From positions 1,332-65,331 of the forward strand of contig JAGGSQ010000069.1 of NCBI GenBank assembly GCA_021159015.1: a stretch of 64,000 bases of DNA. The letters run 5' to 3'. This stretch comes from Candidatus Omnitrophota bacterium. Lineage in GTDB: Bacteria; Omnitrophota; Gorgyraeia; Duberdicusellales; Duberdicusellaceae. Positions within the stretch are counted from its first letter, which is position 1; each line of letters starts with the position of its first letter. Below are positions 48,818 through 58,846 of the stretch, one piece after another. The notes below the pieces were generated by a model. That model was not told the origin of the DNA. It saw only the letters and a program-made list of their open reading frames with translations, and searched no databases. The translations under genes were made by a program, and so were the position numbers.

Positions 48818-49194
48818 TAGTGTTCCTGGGCAATAAAACTACGGTAATCCTGAGGAGAAAGTAGTTCTTCCAGTTGAGTTTTATCCTCTATCTCTATTTC
48901 CACCAGCCATCCTTCTCCTTCGGGATCTTGATTGACCAGCGCCGGATTATCGATAACCGCCTGATTAACCGCAACTATCTTCCCTGCCAGAGGCAGAAAA
49001 AGTTCACTCACCGATTTAGTAGATTCAATCGTCCCGAACTGTTCGGCTTTATGAAACTCCTTCCCAACATCAGGAAGCTCCAAAAAAACAATATCTCCCA
49101 ATTCCTTCTGAGCATAATCACTAACCCCTACACGCGCCCGACTGCCTTCTTGCACTTCCACCCATTCATGACTCTTAGAATAAAGCTTAGCCAT
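48817..49194 (-). CDS. gcvH: glycine cleavage system H protein
   Basis: HEW, LGDIVF, IESTK lipoyl-Lys, N.DP...GW. Confidence 0.96.
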   Translation of the reverse strand: MAKLYSKSHEWVEVQEGSRARVGVSDYAQKELGDIVFLELPDVGKEFHKAEQFGTIESTKSVSELFLPLAGKIVAVNQAVIDNPALVNQDPEGEGWLVEIEIEDKTQLEELLSPQDYRSFIAQEH

Positions 49195-50298
49195 TTAGCC
49201 CTCCTTTTTCACTCCTAATTTCAGAAAGGGAAATTTCTTAGTGAGAGCTAGATAAGGTTTATTTCTTATCTTAATAAATACCTCTTTTCCCTCCACAGCA
49301 TACTCACTATCTAAAAAACCATTCCCAATAAACTGAGCTAAATTAGGCGAATAAACCCCGCTCTTCACTACCCCCAGTTCCTGTCCCGCCGCATCCAAAA
49401 TAGGATAACCACTCCGAGCAAAACCCCTCTCTTTCATTACAAACCCAAAGCGACGGCGTCTTATCTTACATTTTAACTTTTCTAAAGAAGAGCGACCGAT
49501 AAAATCTTTATACTCCAATTTCACTGCCCAGCCCAACCCTGCCTCATAGGGGTTTGTTTCCTCATCCATATCTGTTCCATAAAGAGGATATCCTGCTTCC
49601 AAGCGGAGGATATCTCGCGCCCCCAGCCCGCAAAGAGCTAGATGGTAGTTACGGCCTACCTCTTGCAGGCGTTGCCAAAGCCGGCGGGCAAACTCATTTT
49701 CCACCCATATCTCAAAGCCGTCTTCACCGCTGTAACCGCTACGGGAGATAAGGAGAGAACCAAAATCGGAATAATAAAATACCCCACAGCTCATATAAGA
49801 AAGCGTCAAGACCGAGCTATCCAAGGTCTGCTCTAAAATAGGGGCGGCGGCCTTACCTTGCAAAGCCAAAAGAGCATAGAAACTAGCTTTATCCTCTATT
49901 GCTACCTCAAACTTTTCCCCCTGCACCCTAAGCCAGCTAAAGTCTTTAGAGGCACAAGCGGCATTAACTACTAATAGAAAATAACTGCCTAAGTTATACA
50001 CCATAACATCGTCGATTATGCCGCCCCTCTCGTTTAATAAAAGATTGTACTGCATTCTCCCTCTCTGGAGGCTAGCAATGTCGTTGCTACAAAGATACTG
50101 CAAAAACTTCTCCGCTTGAGCTCCCTTTATTTCTATCTTGCCCATATGGGAGACATCAAATAAACCTGCCGTCTTGCGTACTTGAGTTGCCTCTTTAAGC
50201 ATACTCGTATATTCTAGGGGCATAGACCAACCCGCAAAATCAACGAGTTTTGCTCCCTGGTTTATATGCTCAGGATATAAAGGGGTTTGAAACAACAT
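49195..50298 (-). CDS. gcvT: glycine cleavage system aminomethyltransferase
   Basis: FAGW.MP, FDVSHMG, GY.GEDGFE, GLGARD.LRLEAG. Confidence 0.96.
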   Translation of the reverse strand: MLFQTPLYPEHINQGAKLVDFAGWSMPLEYTSMLKEATQVRKTAGLFDVSHMGKIEIKGAQAEKFLQYLCSNDIASLQRGRMQYNLLLNERGGIIDDVMVYNLGSYFLLVVNAACASKDFSWLRVQGEKFEVAIEDKASFYALLALQGKAAAPILEQTLDSSVLTLSYMSCGVFYYSDFGSLLISRSGYSGEDGFEIWVENEFARRLWQRLQEVGRNYHLALCGLGARDILRLEAGYPLYGTDMDEETNPYEAGLGWAVKLEYKDFIGRSSLEKLKCKIRRRRFGFVMKERGFARSGYPILDAAGQELGVVKSGVYSPNLAQFIGNGFLDSEYAVEGKEVFIKIRNKPYLALTKKFPFLKLGVKKEG

Positions 50299-50380
50299 AT
50301 ATTGTAAAAGGTTTGCCGCTTAAGAAAAGATATTTTATCACCAAAAACACTTTTTTCCAGATGTTTCCTCTTTTTTATAA

Positions 50381-50413
50381 AAAATCCCCACGCTAGAATA
50401 ACGTGGGGATTTT
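50381..50413. terminator. intrinsic terminator after the RRM gene
   Basis: AAAATCCCCACG-9 nt-CGTGGGGATTTT hairpin; T-run follows on the minus strand. Confidence 0.8.
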
Positions 50414-50436
50414 AAACTGCCGTCTATACTTGCCGT

Positions 50437-50736
50437 CTACCGAAATCTGTCGCCAGAATTATAGCGAGGGCGAGAGTTTGTATCGCGCTTGCGCGCCTTG
50501 CTCACTTTAAGTTTGCGCCCATTTAAATCCTGTCCATCCAAAGCATCTATAGCTTGCTGCACTTGCTCGTCGGTCTCAAATTCCGCAAAACCAAAGCCTT
50601 TAGAGCGGCCGCTAAATTTATCTTTAATAATTTTAAGGTCCTTTATCTGGATACCTTTCCCCTCAATCACCTTCTGCAAATCATCTTCTGTTACACCATA
50701 TTCCAAGTTACCTATATAGACTTTCTTTTCTTCCAT
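50437..50736 (-). CDS. RRM RNA-binding protein (Rbp type)
   Basis: RNP2 VYIGNL, RNP1 KGFGFAEF, GR.L.V..A. Confidence 0.93.
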   Translation of the reverse strand: MEEKKVYIGNLEYGVTEDDLQKVIEGKGIQIKDLKIIKDKFSGRSKGFGFAEFETDEQVQQAIDALDGQDLNGRKLKVSKARKRDTNSRPRYNSGDRFR

Positions 50737-50920
50737 TTCTTTCTCCTTTTATCAGAATCACCAAACACTACAAAAACCTTTTCTTCCTTTTACTCTCTAC
50801 ATTAATCCTCCTTCTTAGAAACTCTCTAAATCTAGCCCTAAGATTTTTGTCTTTCGGGCCCTCTATTCCGCAGCTACGCCCTCTCTCTGGCTCAGAGAAG
50901 AGAGGTGCTGTAAAGACTCT

Positions 50921-50967
50921 TTTTCAAAGAACCAAGCGATTATACACCGCCTCCTGCATTTTGCCAA
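50921..50967 (-). promoter_or_regulatory. sigma70 promoter followed by a boxA-like element upstream of the RRM gene
   Basis: TTGGCA-17 nt-TATAAT (50967-50939), then GTTCTTTGAAAA (50932-50921). Confidence 0.6.
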
Positions 50968-50980
50968 GAAAAACTTAAAA

Positions 50981-51898
50981 TTAAATGTTAAGGCCCAATT
51001 GGCGTAGAATACGTAGGTTACTACTCCAACGGGCGAGAATTTTTACCTTCAAGTCCAGAAAAACTTTCTTAGCCAAAATTTTTTCTATCTGAGGACGACT
51101 CCTTATACCCACTTCTTTTATCAAGTTGCCCTTTTTGCCCAGAACAATTGCTTTCTGAGAAGCACGGTTTACATACACAACAGCTCTTATATAAACCCTG
51201 TCATTCTGAGAAGAAATTTCATCTACGTAAACCGCTAAATCATGTGGTACTTCCTTGGCCAAGCGTCGAAAAAATGCTTCGCGGATAATATCAGCTATCC
51301 TAAGTTCTAAAGGAAAATCTACTCTGTCTGGGGTAGGATAATAAGCTTGTTGAGGGGGCAAAATTTCTACTAAGGCTTCCTGGAGTGCTGCTAAATTGTC
51401 GCCGCGCCGCGCCGAAATAGGAATGAAATATTTTACCAGAGGATATTTGTCCTGGGCTAATTCTCGCCAAAGTTCTAAGTAGTCACTCAGGTATCTTTTG
51501 CTCAGGTCTATTTTATTTAAAGCCATAATAAGAGGAGCGTCTTGCTGCAGAAGAATCTTTACTATGGCTCTTTCTTCTCGCTGTGGCATGCGACTTACAT
51601 CAACCACGTAAACCACCGCATCTATCCCCTCCAGAGCCTGCCGTGCTGCTTGGTTAAGATAATGGCAAAGCTTATGCCGGAACAGATGAAAACCAGGTAC
51701 ATCTACAAATACTACTTGAGCCTGAGGCAGATTGAGTATGGCTCTGACTAAATACCGCGTAGTCTGAGGAACGGAAGAAACAATACTAACTTTTTCTCCT
51801 ACTAAGGCGTTTACTAGCGTTGACTTACCTACATTAGGCCGGCCAAATAAAGTTACAAAACCACAACGAAATTTGCTCTTATCTTCCATCCGTGGCAA
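50981..51898 (-). CDS. era: GTPase Era
   Basis: GRPNVGKS, QTTR, D.PG, NKID, KH domain SQKAIVLGK.G. Confidence 0.95.
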   Translation of the reverse strand: MPRMEDKSKFRCGFVTLFGRPNVGKSTLVNALVGEKVSIVSSVPQTTRYLVRAILNLPQAQVVFVDVPGFHLFRHKLCHYLNQAARQALEGIDAVVYVVDVSRMPQREERAIVKILLQQDAPLIMALNKIDLSKRYLSDYLELWRELAQDKYPLVKYFIPISARRGDNLAALQEALVEILPPQQAYYPTPDRVDFPLELRIADIIREAFFRRLAKEVPHDLAVYVDEISSQNDRVYIRAVVYVNRASQKAIVLGKKGNLIKEVGIRSRPQIEKILAKKVFLDLKVKILARWSSNLRILRQLGLNI

Positions 51899-53015
51899 TA
51901 TCGAGAAGTTCTAAAAAATCCTTAAGTACGTTTACACCCTTAATAAGATTTGCTACTCTGACATACTCATCTTTAGTATGCTCTTGACCACAAGTAGCAA
52001 AACCAAATATTGCCGTAGGAATCCGGCGACGTAGGAGAAAACTCATAACCGTGGCACCACGGATAGTTTTCAGTCTAGGCCGTAGATAGTTCTTTACTAA
52101 ACTACTCTTAAGTATCCTTATTAAGACCGTATCTTTACTAGTTAAAGCCGGCTCCTGGTAAGCTAGTATCTTAAAGTGTACGGCGGCACGGCTGAGACGA
52201 ATAGCTTTTTTTACCAGTTGCAAAGCCCTGGCTTTAGTCCAGCCAAAAGGAAGACGTAAATCTACCTGCACCAAGCAGCTTTCTGCTACCATGTTCACTT
52301 TCTCTCCTCCCTGAATCCATCCACAGTTAAAAGTAAGGGATGAAGGCTGAGCGGGAGGAAGAAGCTTTATTAACTCTTGCATCTTGCGAATAAAAAGTGC
52401 CGCTTTATGAATGGCGTTGGCCCCTTTTTCAGGATAAGCCGCATGGGCTTTTTTACCTTGGAATTCCAATTCTATATGAAGCACTCCTTTCTGGCCAAAG
52501 ATTATCTCAAAATCACACCCGTCCAGAATCAAAGCATAATCCAGAGCAGGAAGCTCTTTCACTAAAGGCAAAAAGCCTGCCTTACTGCCACTTTCTTCGT
52601 CAGCCGTGGCAACCCAAAGCACATCTATATTTTTCATCCCCCCTTTCGCTTTTAATTCTTTGAGTACCTGCAGAGAAACGGCCAAATTTGACTTGCAGTC
52701 ACTGGCTCCCCGTCCGTAAAGGCGCCCTTTGACAATTTTGCCTCCAAAAGGGTCGTGTTGCCAGTGGTTACCGGCCGGAACCGTATCCAGATGAGGAGAG
52801 ATAAGTATGGTCTTTTTGCGACTTTGGGAATTCAGGCGGCAAAGTATATTGGGACGCCCTTTCACATACTCCTTCTTCTGAGGCCTAAGACCTGCTTCTT
52901 TTAAGAAGTCCGCGATAAAAGCAACTATTTCCTTCTCGCGTCCGGGAGGGTTCTCGGAATTAATCTGCACTAGCTTTTGCGCTAGCTCTACTACTTCTTC
53001 ATTCTTGCTGTCCAT
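51879..53015 (-). CDS. M20 family amidohydrolase (ArgE/DapE-like)
   Basis: HLDTVP, GRGASDCK, DEE, G..AH, H..DE. Confidence 0.9.
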   Translation of the reverse strand: MDSKNEEVVELAQKLVQINSENPPGREKEIVAFIADFLKEAGLRPQKKEYVKGRPNILCRLNSQSRKKTILISPHLDTVPAGNHWQHDPFGGKIVKGRLYGRGASDCKSNLAVSLQVLKELKAKGGMKNIDVLWVATADEESGSKAGFLPLVKELPALDYALILDGCDFEIIFGQKGVLHIELEFQGKKAHAAYPEKGANAIHKAALFIRKMQELIKLLPPAQPSSLTFNCGWIQGGEKVNMVAESCLVQVDLRLPFGWTKARALQLVKKAIRLSRAAVHFKILAYQEPALTSKDTVLIRILKSSLVKNYLRPRLKTIRGATVMSFLLRRRIPTAIFGFATCGQEHTKDEYVRVANLIKGVNVLKDFLELLDIATDGR

Positions 53016-55038
53016 AGAATTTCTTCAGGCTACAAGCTCTAACGCTGAAATTAAGCGGGTTGTATCCATAATAACTCAGGATATAATAGGCATTACCGGC
53101 AATACATCCGGTACGGTCTCCCTGAGGAGTACGCCAGCCATGCCCCGTATCTACATTAGCTTGCGAAGCATAAACCAATACTCCCCGCCCCAGGCCCACA
53201 GGAGAAGGGGAGCTAACAACCATCTTCTTTAACTCGTTAAAATAGAAACGCGCCAGTTTAAAGTAATAATTATAGCGTTCCAGGTCTCCTTTCTCTTTAT
53301 AAAAAGCGGCCATAATTTCAAAGGCAAGAATCATTTGAGATGTCCATTCAGAAGAAACTACGCCGCCGCGGGCTAAATTTTGACTTTTGGCAAAATCAAA
53401 TCCTTCTAACTCTACCTCTCCTTCGGGACGATGAAAAGAGGTTTTAACATGGCAGTTCTCCAAAGCAAAACTCATTATCTCATCTATATCCATACCCAAC
53501 AACAGCAATTTCTCTGGCCCAATGGCAGTAATAGACCAAGCATAAGTATCCGTAGCAATAGTAGCATCTCCTTTACCTCTGTTAACAGGGATACTCTGGC
53601 GGGAGTAAGCATATTTCTTCAGCCAAGCCAAAATACGTTCTGCCTGGTGAAGATAACGTACCTGATGCGTAATGAGATACAAGTCAGAAAAAAAAGCATA
53701 AGCATCAAGATTATGCTCGGTAGAATACCATTCTACGTTTGGCCCTCCCCTAATACCTCCTTCCTTGTCTTGCAGAGAAGTGATAAATTGTGCTACACCT
53801 AAGGCAATAGGAAGATATTTTTTATTGCCAGTAGCCTTTATAAAATTAAGGCTAGCTAACCCTATCCAGATATTAGGACCCGCATGCGCAATATACTCAC
53901 ATATGCCACCCTCCGAGGCATAATAAGCGTTTAGATAACCTCGACGATAAAGAGAGGCTTTTTTAAGATAGAACTCTAAAATTCTCTCAGCCGCAGGATA
54001 ATTCTTCATAATAGTAAACACAATCGCCGCCAGAGCCTGGTCATAAGTAAAAGCCCGGTCAGCCAAATTCTTGTCTCCTTCAAAGCTAGCAATTAGACCT
54101 GTACGCAGATTCTGATGCACCCTTATCCACTCGTACATATCTTCTATACTCACTTGTTCTGTCTGGGCCAGCCTCAAGTCGGCTTTAATCGCAGCGGCGG
54201 CTGTCTTTTTCTGCGCGGCAGAGGCTTTGGATAAGGCAAGGGTTAACTTTTTATTCTCTTTACTCAGGCGTTGTAATTCTTTCTGGAGCTCGGCTATTTT
54301 CTTCTCCGCCTTAATCTTTTTCTCTTGAATAGCTGACATCTCTTTCTGAGTCTGATTAAGCATTTTCTCAGACTGCAAGGCGCGGCGGTACTCGTTCTGC
54401 CAAAATCCTAACTTATGCCGAATCAGCTTAAATCTCTCCTCCTGCCGCTGTAAATGTTCACGCAGCAAATTCACCGCTGTCTTCTTTCTATTTAATTCTT
54501 CCTGTTGCAAGGCCGCAGCCTGGTTTGCTTCTAAAAGCTCCTGTACGTATCGCTGATGCAAATGTATCAATTTATGATTTTCTTGCCAGACTAAAAAACT
54601 AAAGATAAGACTGGTAGTAATTACTAGCGGGACAAATAAATTTAATATTCTCTTCAGGCGACCCTGCTTGACTAATTTTCGCCCTAAAGCTCCATAATTT
54701 GAATCGAACTTTATCCCTAAATAAAACTTAGCTTCTCGCTCCAGCCGTCCACCAGTTTCTTTCCACACTACTACTCCCCGGCCGTACATCTTCTGGGCAG
54801 AAAAGGGGCGATTAATATACAACTCCATACGGCTCTTCCCTGCGGCTATCCTCTGCCAAACTCCTAAAGGAATTAGCTCGGAAAGTACACAAATCCCTTC
54901 CTTAGCTACATCGTGAGAAAATCCCCCTATCCAATCCGAAAGTAGCTCTCCTTCCTCATCTAGAAAGCGAAAGCGTAGAGGGAAAATAGTATTTACACGT
55001 AAATATTTTCTTCGATTTCTAATTCTGGCTTGCAACAT
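52999..55038 (-). CDS. PilZ domain-TM-coiled coil-putative (alpha/alpha)-barrel enzyme
   Basis: NRRKYLR (RxxxR) and DVAKEG (DxSxxG-like); TM; long coiled coil; C-terminal domain with FTYDQALA, GPNIW, STEHNLD, EWT. Confidence 0.75.
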   Translation of the reverse strand: MLQARIRNRRKYLRVNTIFPLRFRFLDEEGELLSDWIGGFSHDVAKEGICVLSELIPLGVWQRIAAGKSRMELYINRPFSAQKMYGRGVVVWKETGGRLEREAKFYLGIKFDSNYGALGRKLVKQGRLKRILNLFVPLVITTSLIFSFLVWQENHKLIHLHQRYVQELLEANQAAALQQEELNRKKTAVNLLREHLQRQEERFKLIRHKLGFWQNEYRRALQSEKMLNQTQKEMSAIQEKKIKAEKKIAELQKELQRLSKENKKLTLALSKASAAQKKTAAAAIKADLRLAQTEQVSIEDMYEWIRVHQNLRTGLIASFEGDKNLADRAFTYDQALAAIVFTIMKNYPAAERILEFYLKKASLYRRGYLNAYYASEGGICEYIAHAGPNIWIGLASLNFIKATGNKKYLPIALGVAQFITSLQDKEGGIRGGPNVEWYSTEHNLDAYAFFSDLYLITHQVRYLHQAERILAWLKKYAYSRQSIPVNRGKGDATIATDTYAWSITAIGPEKLLLLGMDIDEIMSFALENCHVKTSFHRPEGEVELEGFDFAKSQNLARGGVVSSEWTSQMILAFEIMAAFYKEKGDLERYNYYFKLARFYFNELKKMVVSSPSPVGLGRGVLVYASQANVDTGHGWRTPQGDRTGCIAGNAYYILSYYGYNPLNFSVRACSLKKFYGQQE

Positions 55039-56125
55039 AGCGGTAGATTTTTCTAATCCTCTCGGCCAGAGGAGGATGAGTAGCAAATAACACCTTTTTC
55101 CACTGTGGCATACTGAAGGTAACTAGGTTTCTCTTGCCCAGTTTTTCCAAAGCACTGATAAACTTTTGTGCTTCAGGGTAAAGTTTCATACTATAATTAT
55201 CTGCTTCACTCTCCCAATGGCGCAAGAGTACGTTTCTCAGGGGCAAAGAAATTATAAAAAAGAAGGTGCCGTTTAAAACTAAAAGAGGCAGCGTAGTTAT
55301 ATGAGAGGGGGTAAGGGCCAAATGTAAACAGCTGTAACGGAAGGCGTAGGCAGTAAGAAAGAAAATGCAAAAAGAAACAGCTGCAGAAGCTAAAAAAATC
55401 TTCCACGCATGGCCATATTTTATATGCCCTAGTTCATGAGCAAAAACGGACTTGATTTCTTCTGGAGTTAACTCCTGGCATAAACTATCGGCAAGAGCCA
55501 GGTAGCGCCCCTTACCCCAACCTGCCACAAAGGCATTAAGCTTGGTAGTTTTTTGCGAGAAAATAACTTTGTATATGTCTTTTAACCTAACGCCGGCCTG
55601 AGAAGCTAACGCTAACAATTCACGCTTGAGCTCTCCTTCCTCCCAAGGCCTAAGGGGATAAAAAAGAGGGATAAGCACATAAGGGGCCAACTTAGTAAGT
55701 ATGAACATTAAAACTACCCAGAAACTCCAAGCCTCTAGCCACCACAACTCTGAGCGTGCCAAAAAGAAATAAATAACCTCAACCAAAACTACAAAGAGCA
55801 AAACGCTCAAGATGTAGCTTTTCACATAATCGACCATCCAGGCAGCAAGGTTCTGCCTCAAGAGACCAAATTTCTTCTCATAATAAAAACTCTCCGCCCC
55901 CTCGAGAGGCAAACTCACTATATAATAAGCACTCAGAAAAACAAAGGCATAAAGAAAGCGGATAAAAAATATATTTAGGCTCCCCTCGTGCAAAAAATCC
56001 CCCAGATCCTGAGCCAGATGGCTGAGGATAAAAAAAACGAGATAAGCAATAGATAAAATAAAGCGGGCGAGCAAAAATACATCTTTTCCTTTCTGATAAG
56101 AAAACGCCTTAGCGTTCCTTGCCAT
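55019..56125 (-). CDS. M48 (Ste24/HtpX-like) membrane metalloprotease
   Basis: N-terminal TMs, NAF..G, HELGH, E.EAD, THPP..ERI. Confidence 0.9.
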   Translation of the reverse strand: MARNAKAFSYQKGKDVFLLARFILSIAYLVFFILSHLAQDLGDFLHEGSLNIFFIRFLYAFVFLSAYYIVSLPLEGAESFYYEKKFGLLRQNLAAWMVDYVKSYILSVLLFVVLVEVIYFFLARSELWWLEAWSFWVVLMFILTKLAPYVLIPLFYPLRPWEEGELKRELLALASQAGVRLKDIYKVIFSQKTTKLNAFVAGWGKGRYLALADSLCQELTPEEIKSVFAHELGHIKYGHAWKIFLASAAVSFCIFFLTAYAFRYSCLHLALTPSHITTLPLLVLNGTFFFIISLPLRNVLLRHWESEADNYSMKLYPEAQKFISALEKLGKRNLVTFSMPQWKKVLFATHPPLAERIRKIYRYVASQN

Positions 56126-56507
56126 TTCTCTTAACTATACTCCTAACAAATCTTTGGAAACGCCGGTCGCGGCGTAAGTTTTCCAAGTCTGCATCGGCAT
56201 AGGCATAGTTAAAATCCCGATACCCCAGCTTAACTGCTTTTTTAAAAGCCGCCAAGGCCGCCTCAATTCTGCCCAGTAGAGAATAACTGCAAGCTAAATT
56301 ATAAAATACTACCGGATCATAGGGGCGGAGATGGCAAAGCTTTTTATCTACTACTAAACCTTCCTCCCAGAACCCCGCCCTGGTATAGGCGTCGCCCAAA
56401 CATACCAAGGCTTGATAGAAATTAGGAGACTCTTTTACAATATTCTCATAAAATTTAATCTCGCGGCTTTTGCGCCGCCGATAATTTAAAAGCGGCCTTC
56501 TTTTCAC
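56109..56507 (-). CDS. TPR protein
   Basis: LGDAY, YNLACSYS..G...AL......A...GY, D.DL..LR. Confidence 0.85.
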   Translation of the reverse strand: MKRRPLLNYRRRKSREIKFYENIVKESPNFYQALVCLGDAYTRAGFWEEGLVVDKKLCHLRPYDPVVFYNLACSYSLLGRIEAALAAFKKAVKLGYRDFNYAYADADLENLRRDRRFQRFVRSIVKRNGKER

Positions 56508-58846
56508 TTAAATTTCTCCAGGATAATCTGTTGTTTTAAAATCTGAAGAGCCTTGGCTACCGCGGCTTTAAACTGAGGATAACCCGCCGCGCTAACTTCC
56601 CATCTCTTAATATGCAATAATTGCTTAAAAATTATATCTTTTGCTCCCCCGCGACGATAGTTAAGACATAAGTCAAACCATTCTGTATCCAGCTTCAAAT
56701 CATCAGGTAAATACTCAGGCCGGAAATGGTTTCCTAAATGTATTTCTGCCTCTAAATTTACCTGGGAGAGCCCGCCTAAATCCAGAGGAAAATTGCGCTT
56801 GTCTTTTGCAATCAGGGAAGCCTGAAGAGGAGTCTGGGTGAGTACAGGTAAAATACGTAACTGCTTTGCCTTACTTAAGAAGGAGTAAGCTATAAATTCA
56901 TAGCTAAGGATAGGAGGATTGCGCAAAGAGTCCTTGTTGAGAATCTTCCACTTAACCAGCTTTGATAAAGCAGAAAAGTTCCTCATTTTTTCTTTGACAT
57001 CTTGCTCGATAAGTGAAGGAGGAGTAAATCGGAAGTAATATCGTTGACCGGCAGCGTAAAATCCCTCTGCAGCAATTTCTCTTCTTATGTAAACATTGTC
57101 ATCTGCCTTAATATCTATGTGCATTTTTATGTCCAAACGATTCTGCTTTTGGTAAGGGATGCGTAGAAGCTGCGGACTTTGAGAAGTAAATACCAGAACT
57201 TCTCTTCCCTGATCTGCCAAGGGTACATCACCAAAAGACACTACAAAAGAAGTGGGGTCCATAAAAATAATCCGCTGGTCTATTTTTACCGCAGCAATAG
57301 CATGATTGAAATAAAGGGCCGGAAATTCTTTATCCAAATTAAAGACATCCTTAGTAGGTACCAGTACCGGCCATGCTTCAAGTTTTGCCAAACGCAACAG
57401 AGCTACTAAAAGAATGGCTTGATCTTTGCAATCACCGTAGCGGTTAAAAAATACTTCTGCCGCCTTATGAGGTTCATAACCGCCTTCTCCGTATTCCACC
57501 CCTACATATCTTATCTTGGTAGCGCAAAATTCATATATACGGCGGGCTTTCTCATAGCTACTTTTTGCGCCCTGCAGGAGATGAGATAAAAAATTCTTCA
57601 TAGATATAGAAGGCGAAAGTTTATCCTGGTAGAGACTGTCCCACCACTTATAAATATCATCCCACGCATCAAAGGTAGAAATAACAATAGCGGGATTAAC
57701 AAATGAAGTTGGCACCATGTTGCTCTCAGGAATAATCTGGGGGATATTCTCAAAGCTCCACCTATACACATCAACCCCCTCCTGTTTATAGCGGTGCGGC
57801 TTAAGAGAAATACCCTGAGGTAAATATTTTCGATTAAGGATGTGGAAGTTTACTCTTCTATTCTGAGGCACTTCAAGAGTAAACGTAGCCTTCAAAATAG
57901 GAAAATCTTCCTCTAGGGGATAAGTAAAAGAGAAATCTTCTCCGCGGATAAGTTTAGAGCGGTAAATTTTGGCCCGATACTCAATAATAGAACCCTGAGA
58001 TATTTGAGGAAAGGAAATAATTCTTACCCGCACATTACTATAAAGGGGGAACCCCAAATATTTTGACACATCCCTAATATTTTCCTTACCTACATATACC
58101 ACGCGTCCATCTGGCCTAATAACTCTGGCTTGCTCTATCTCTATACGTTCATAGGTAGAATCATAACTTAAATGTAGCTCCGCCCAGCGTTCTTTACCTT
58201 TATCATTAAGTATTTTTACTATCATATGACTGTGGTCAATTTCGGCGTTCTTTCCTTTTATCTGCACACTCTCTTCGGAAAGCAAAACCACAGAGTCAGC
58301 ATCAGGAAAATCCTGCGGCTGAGGAGCACTCTTTACTAAGCGTAAAAGGCTTTTCGGTAACTTCTCCTTTTTCAGAACTGAAACCAACGCCTTCAAGCGG
58401 CGTTGGGCGTCTTGATAGTAAGGAGGCTGTTTTATCTGTTGGTAGAGTTTTGCTGCTTCGGAAAAGAGATTCTTTTCTTCCAGCGTAAGCCCATAGAGAT
58501 AAAGATACTCATTATCCGCAAAATACTCCACCCTATTAAACAACTCCAATGCCTGGGTATAATCTTTCCGTCTGGCTAAAGCCATAGCCCGCAGGCTCAA
58601 AGCTCTCTTAGAGCTTAATCCTGCCAGCACATTTATGGTATCCTGCCAGCGGCGCTGAGAATAGTAAAAACGAGCCAGCTCAATTTTAAGGCCTGCCTTG
58701 TCCGGGTGGCGGCGGATTAATTCTAAATAAGCCTGCTCTGATTTTTTAAGAAAATACTCACCCGTCTGACGATAAGAGCGGGCATCCTTTAGCAGAACAA
58801 AACCCATTAGTGGCAAAAGGAAAAATATCCAGCTATTTTTTCTCAT
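56504..58846 (-). CDS. TPR + DUF3857 + transglutaminase-like domain protein
   Basis: N-terminal TPRs; GDCKD, FNHAI, DPT catalytic triad pattern. Confidence 0.88.
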   Translation of the reverse strand: MRKNSWIFFLLPLMGFVLLKDARSYRQTGEYFLKKSEQAYLELIRRHPDKAGLKIELARFYYSQRRWQDTINVLAGLSSKRALSLRAMALARRKDYTQALELFNRVEYFADNEYLYLYGLTLEEKNLFSEAAKLYQQIKQPPYYQDAQRRLKALVSVLKKEKLPKSLLRLVKSAPQPQDFPDADSVVLLSEESVQIKGKNAEIDHSHMIVKILNDKGKERWAELHLSYDSTYERIEIEQARVIRPDGRVVYVGKENIRDVSKYLGFPLYSNVRVRIISFPQISQGSIIEYRAKIYRSKLIRGEDFSFTYPLEEDFPILKATFTLEVPQNRRVNFHILNRKYLPQGISLKPHRYKQEGVDVYRWSFENIPQIIPESNMVPTSFVNPAIVISTFDAWDDIYKWWDSLYQDKLSPSISMKNFLSHLLQGAKSSYEKARRIYEFCATKIRYVGVEYGEGGYEPHKAAEVFFNRYGDCKDQAILLVALLRLAKLEAWPVLVPTKDVFNLDKEFPALYFNHAIAAVKIDQRIIFMDPTSFVVSFGDVPLADQGREVLVFTSQSPQLLRIPYQKQNRLDIKMHIDIKADDNVYIRREIAAEGFYAAGQRYYFRFTPPSLIEQDVKEKMRNFSALSKLVKWKILNKDSLRNPPILSYEFIAYSFLSKAKQLRILPVLTQTPLQASLIAKDKRNFPLDLGGLSQVNLEAEIHLGNHFRPEYLPDDLKLDTEWFDLCLNYRRGGAKDIIFKQLLHIKRWEVSAAGYPQFKAAVAKALQILKQQIILEKFK

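Noticed and set aside
50299-50940. Glycine riboswitch upstream of gcvT
   Set aside because: No GGAGA...CCGAAG...CTCTCAGG aptamer pattern; the structured region belongs to the RRM gene and a terminator separates it from gcvT.
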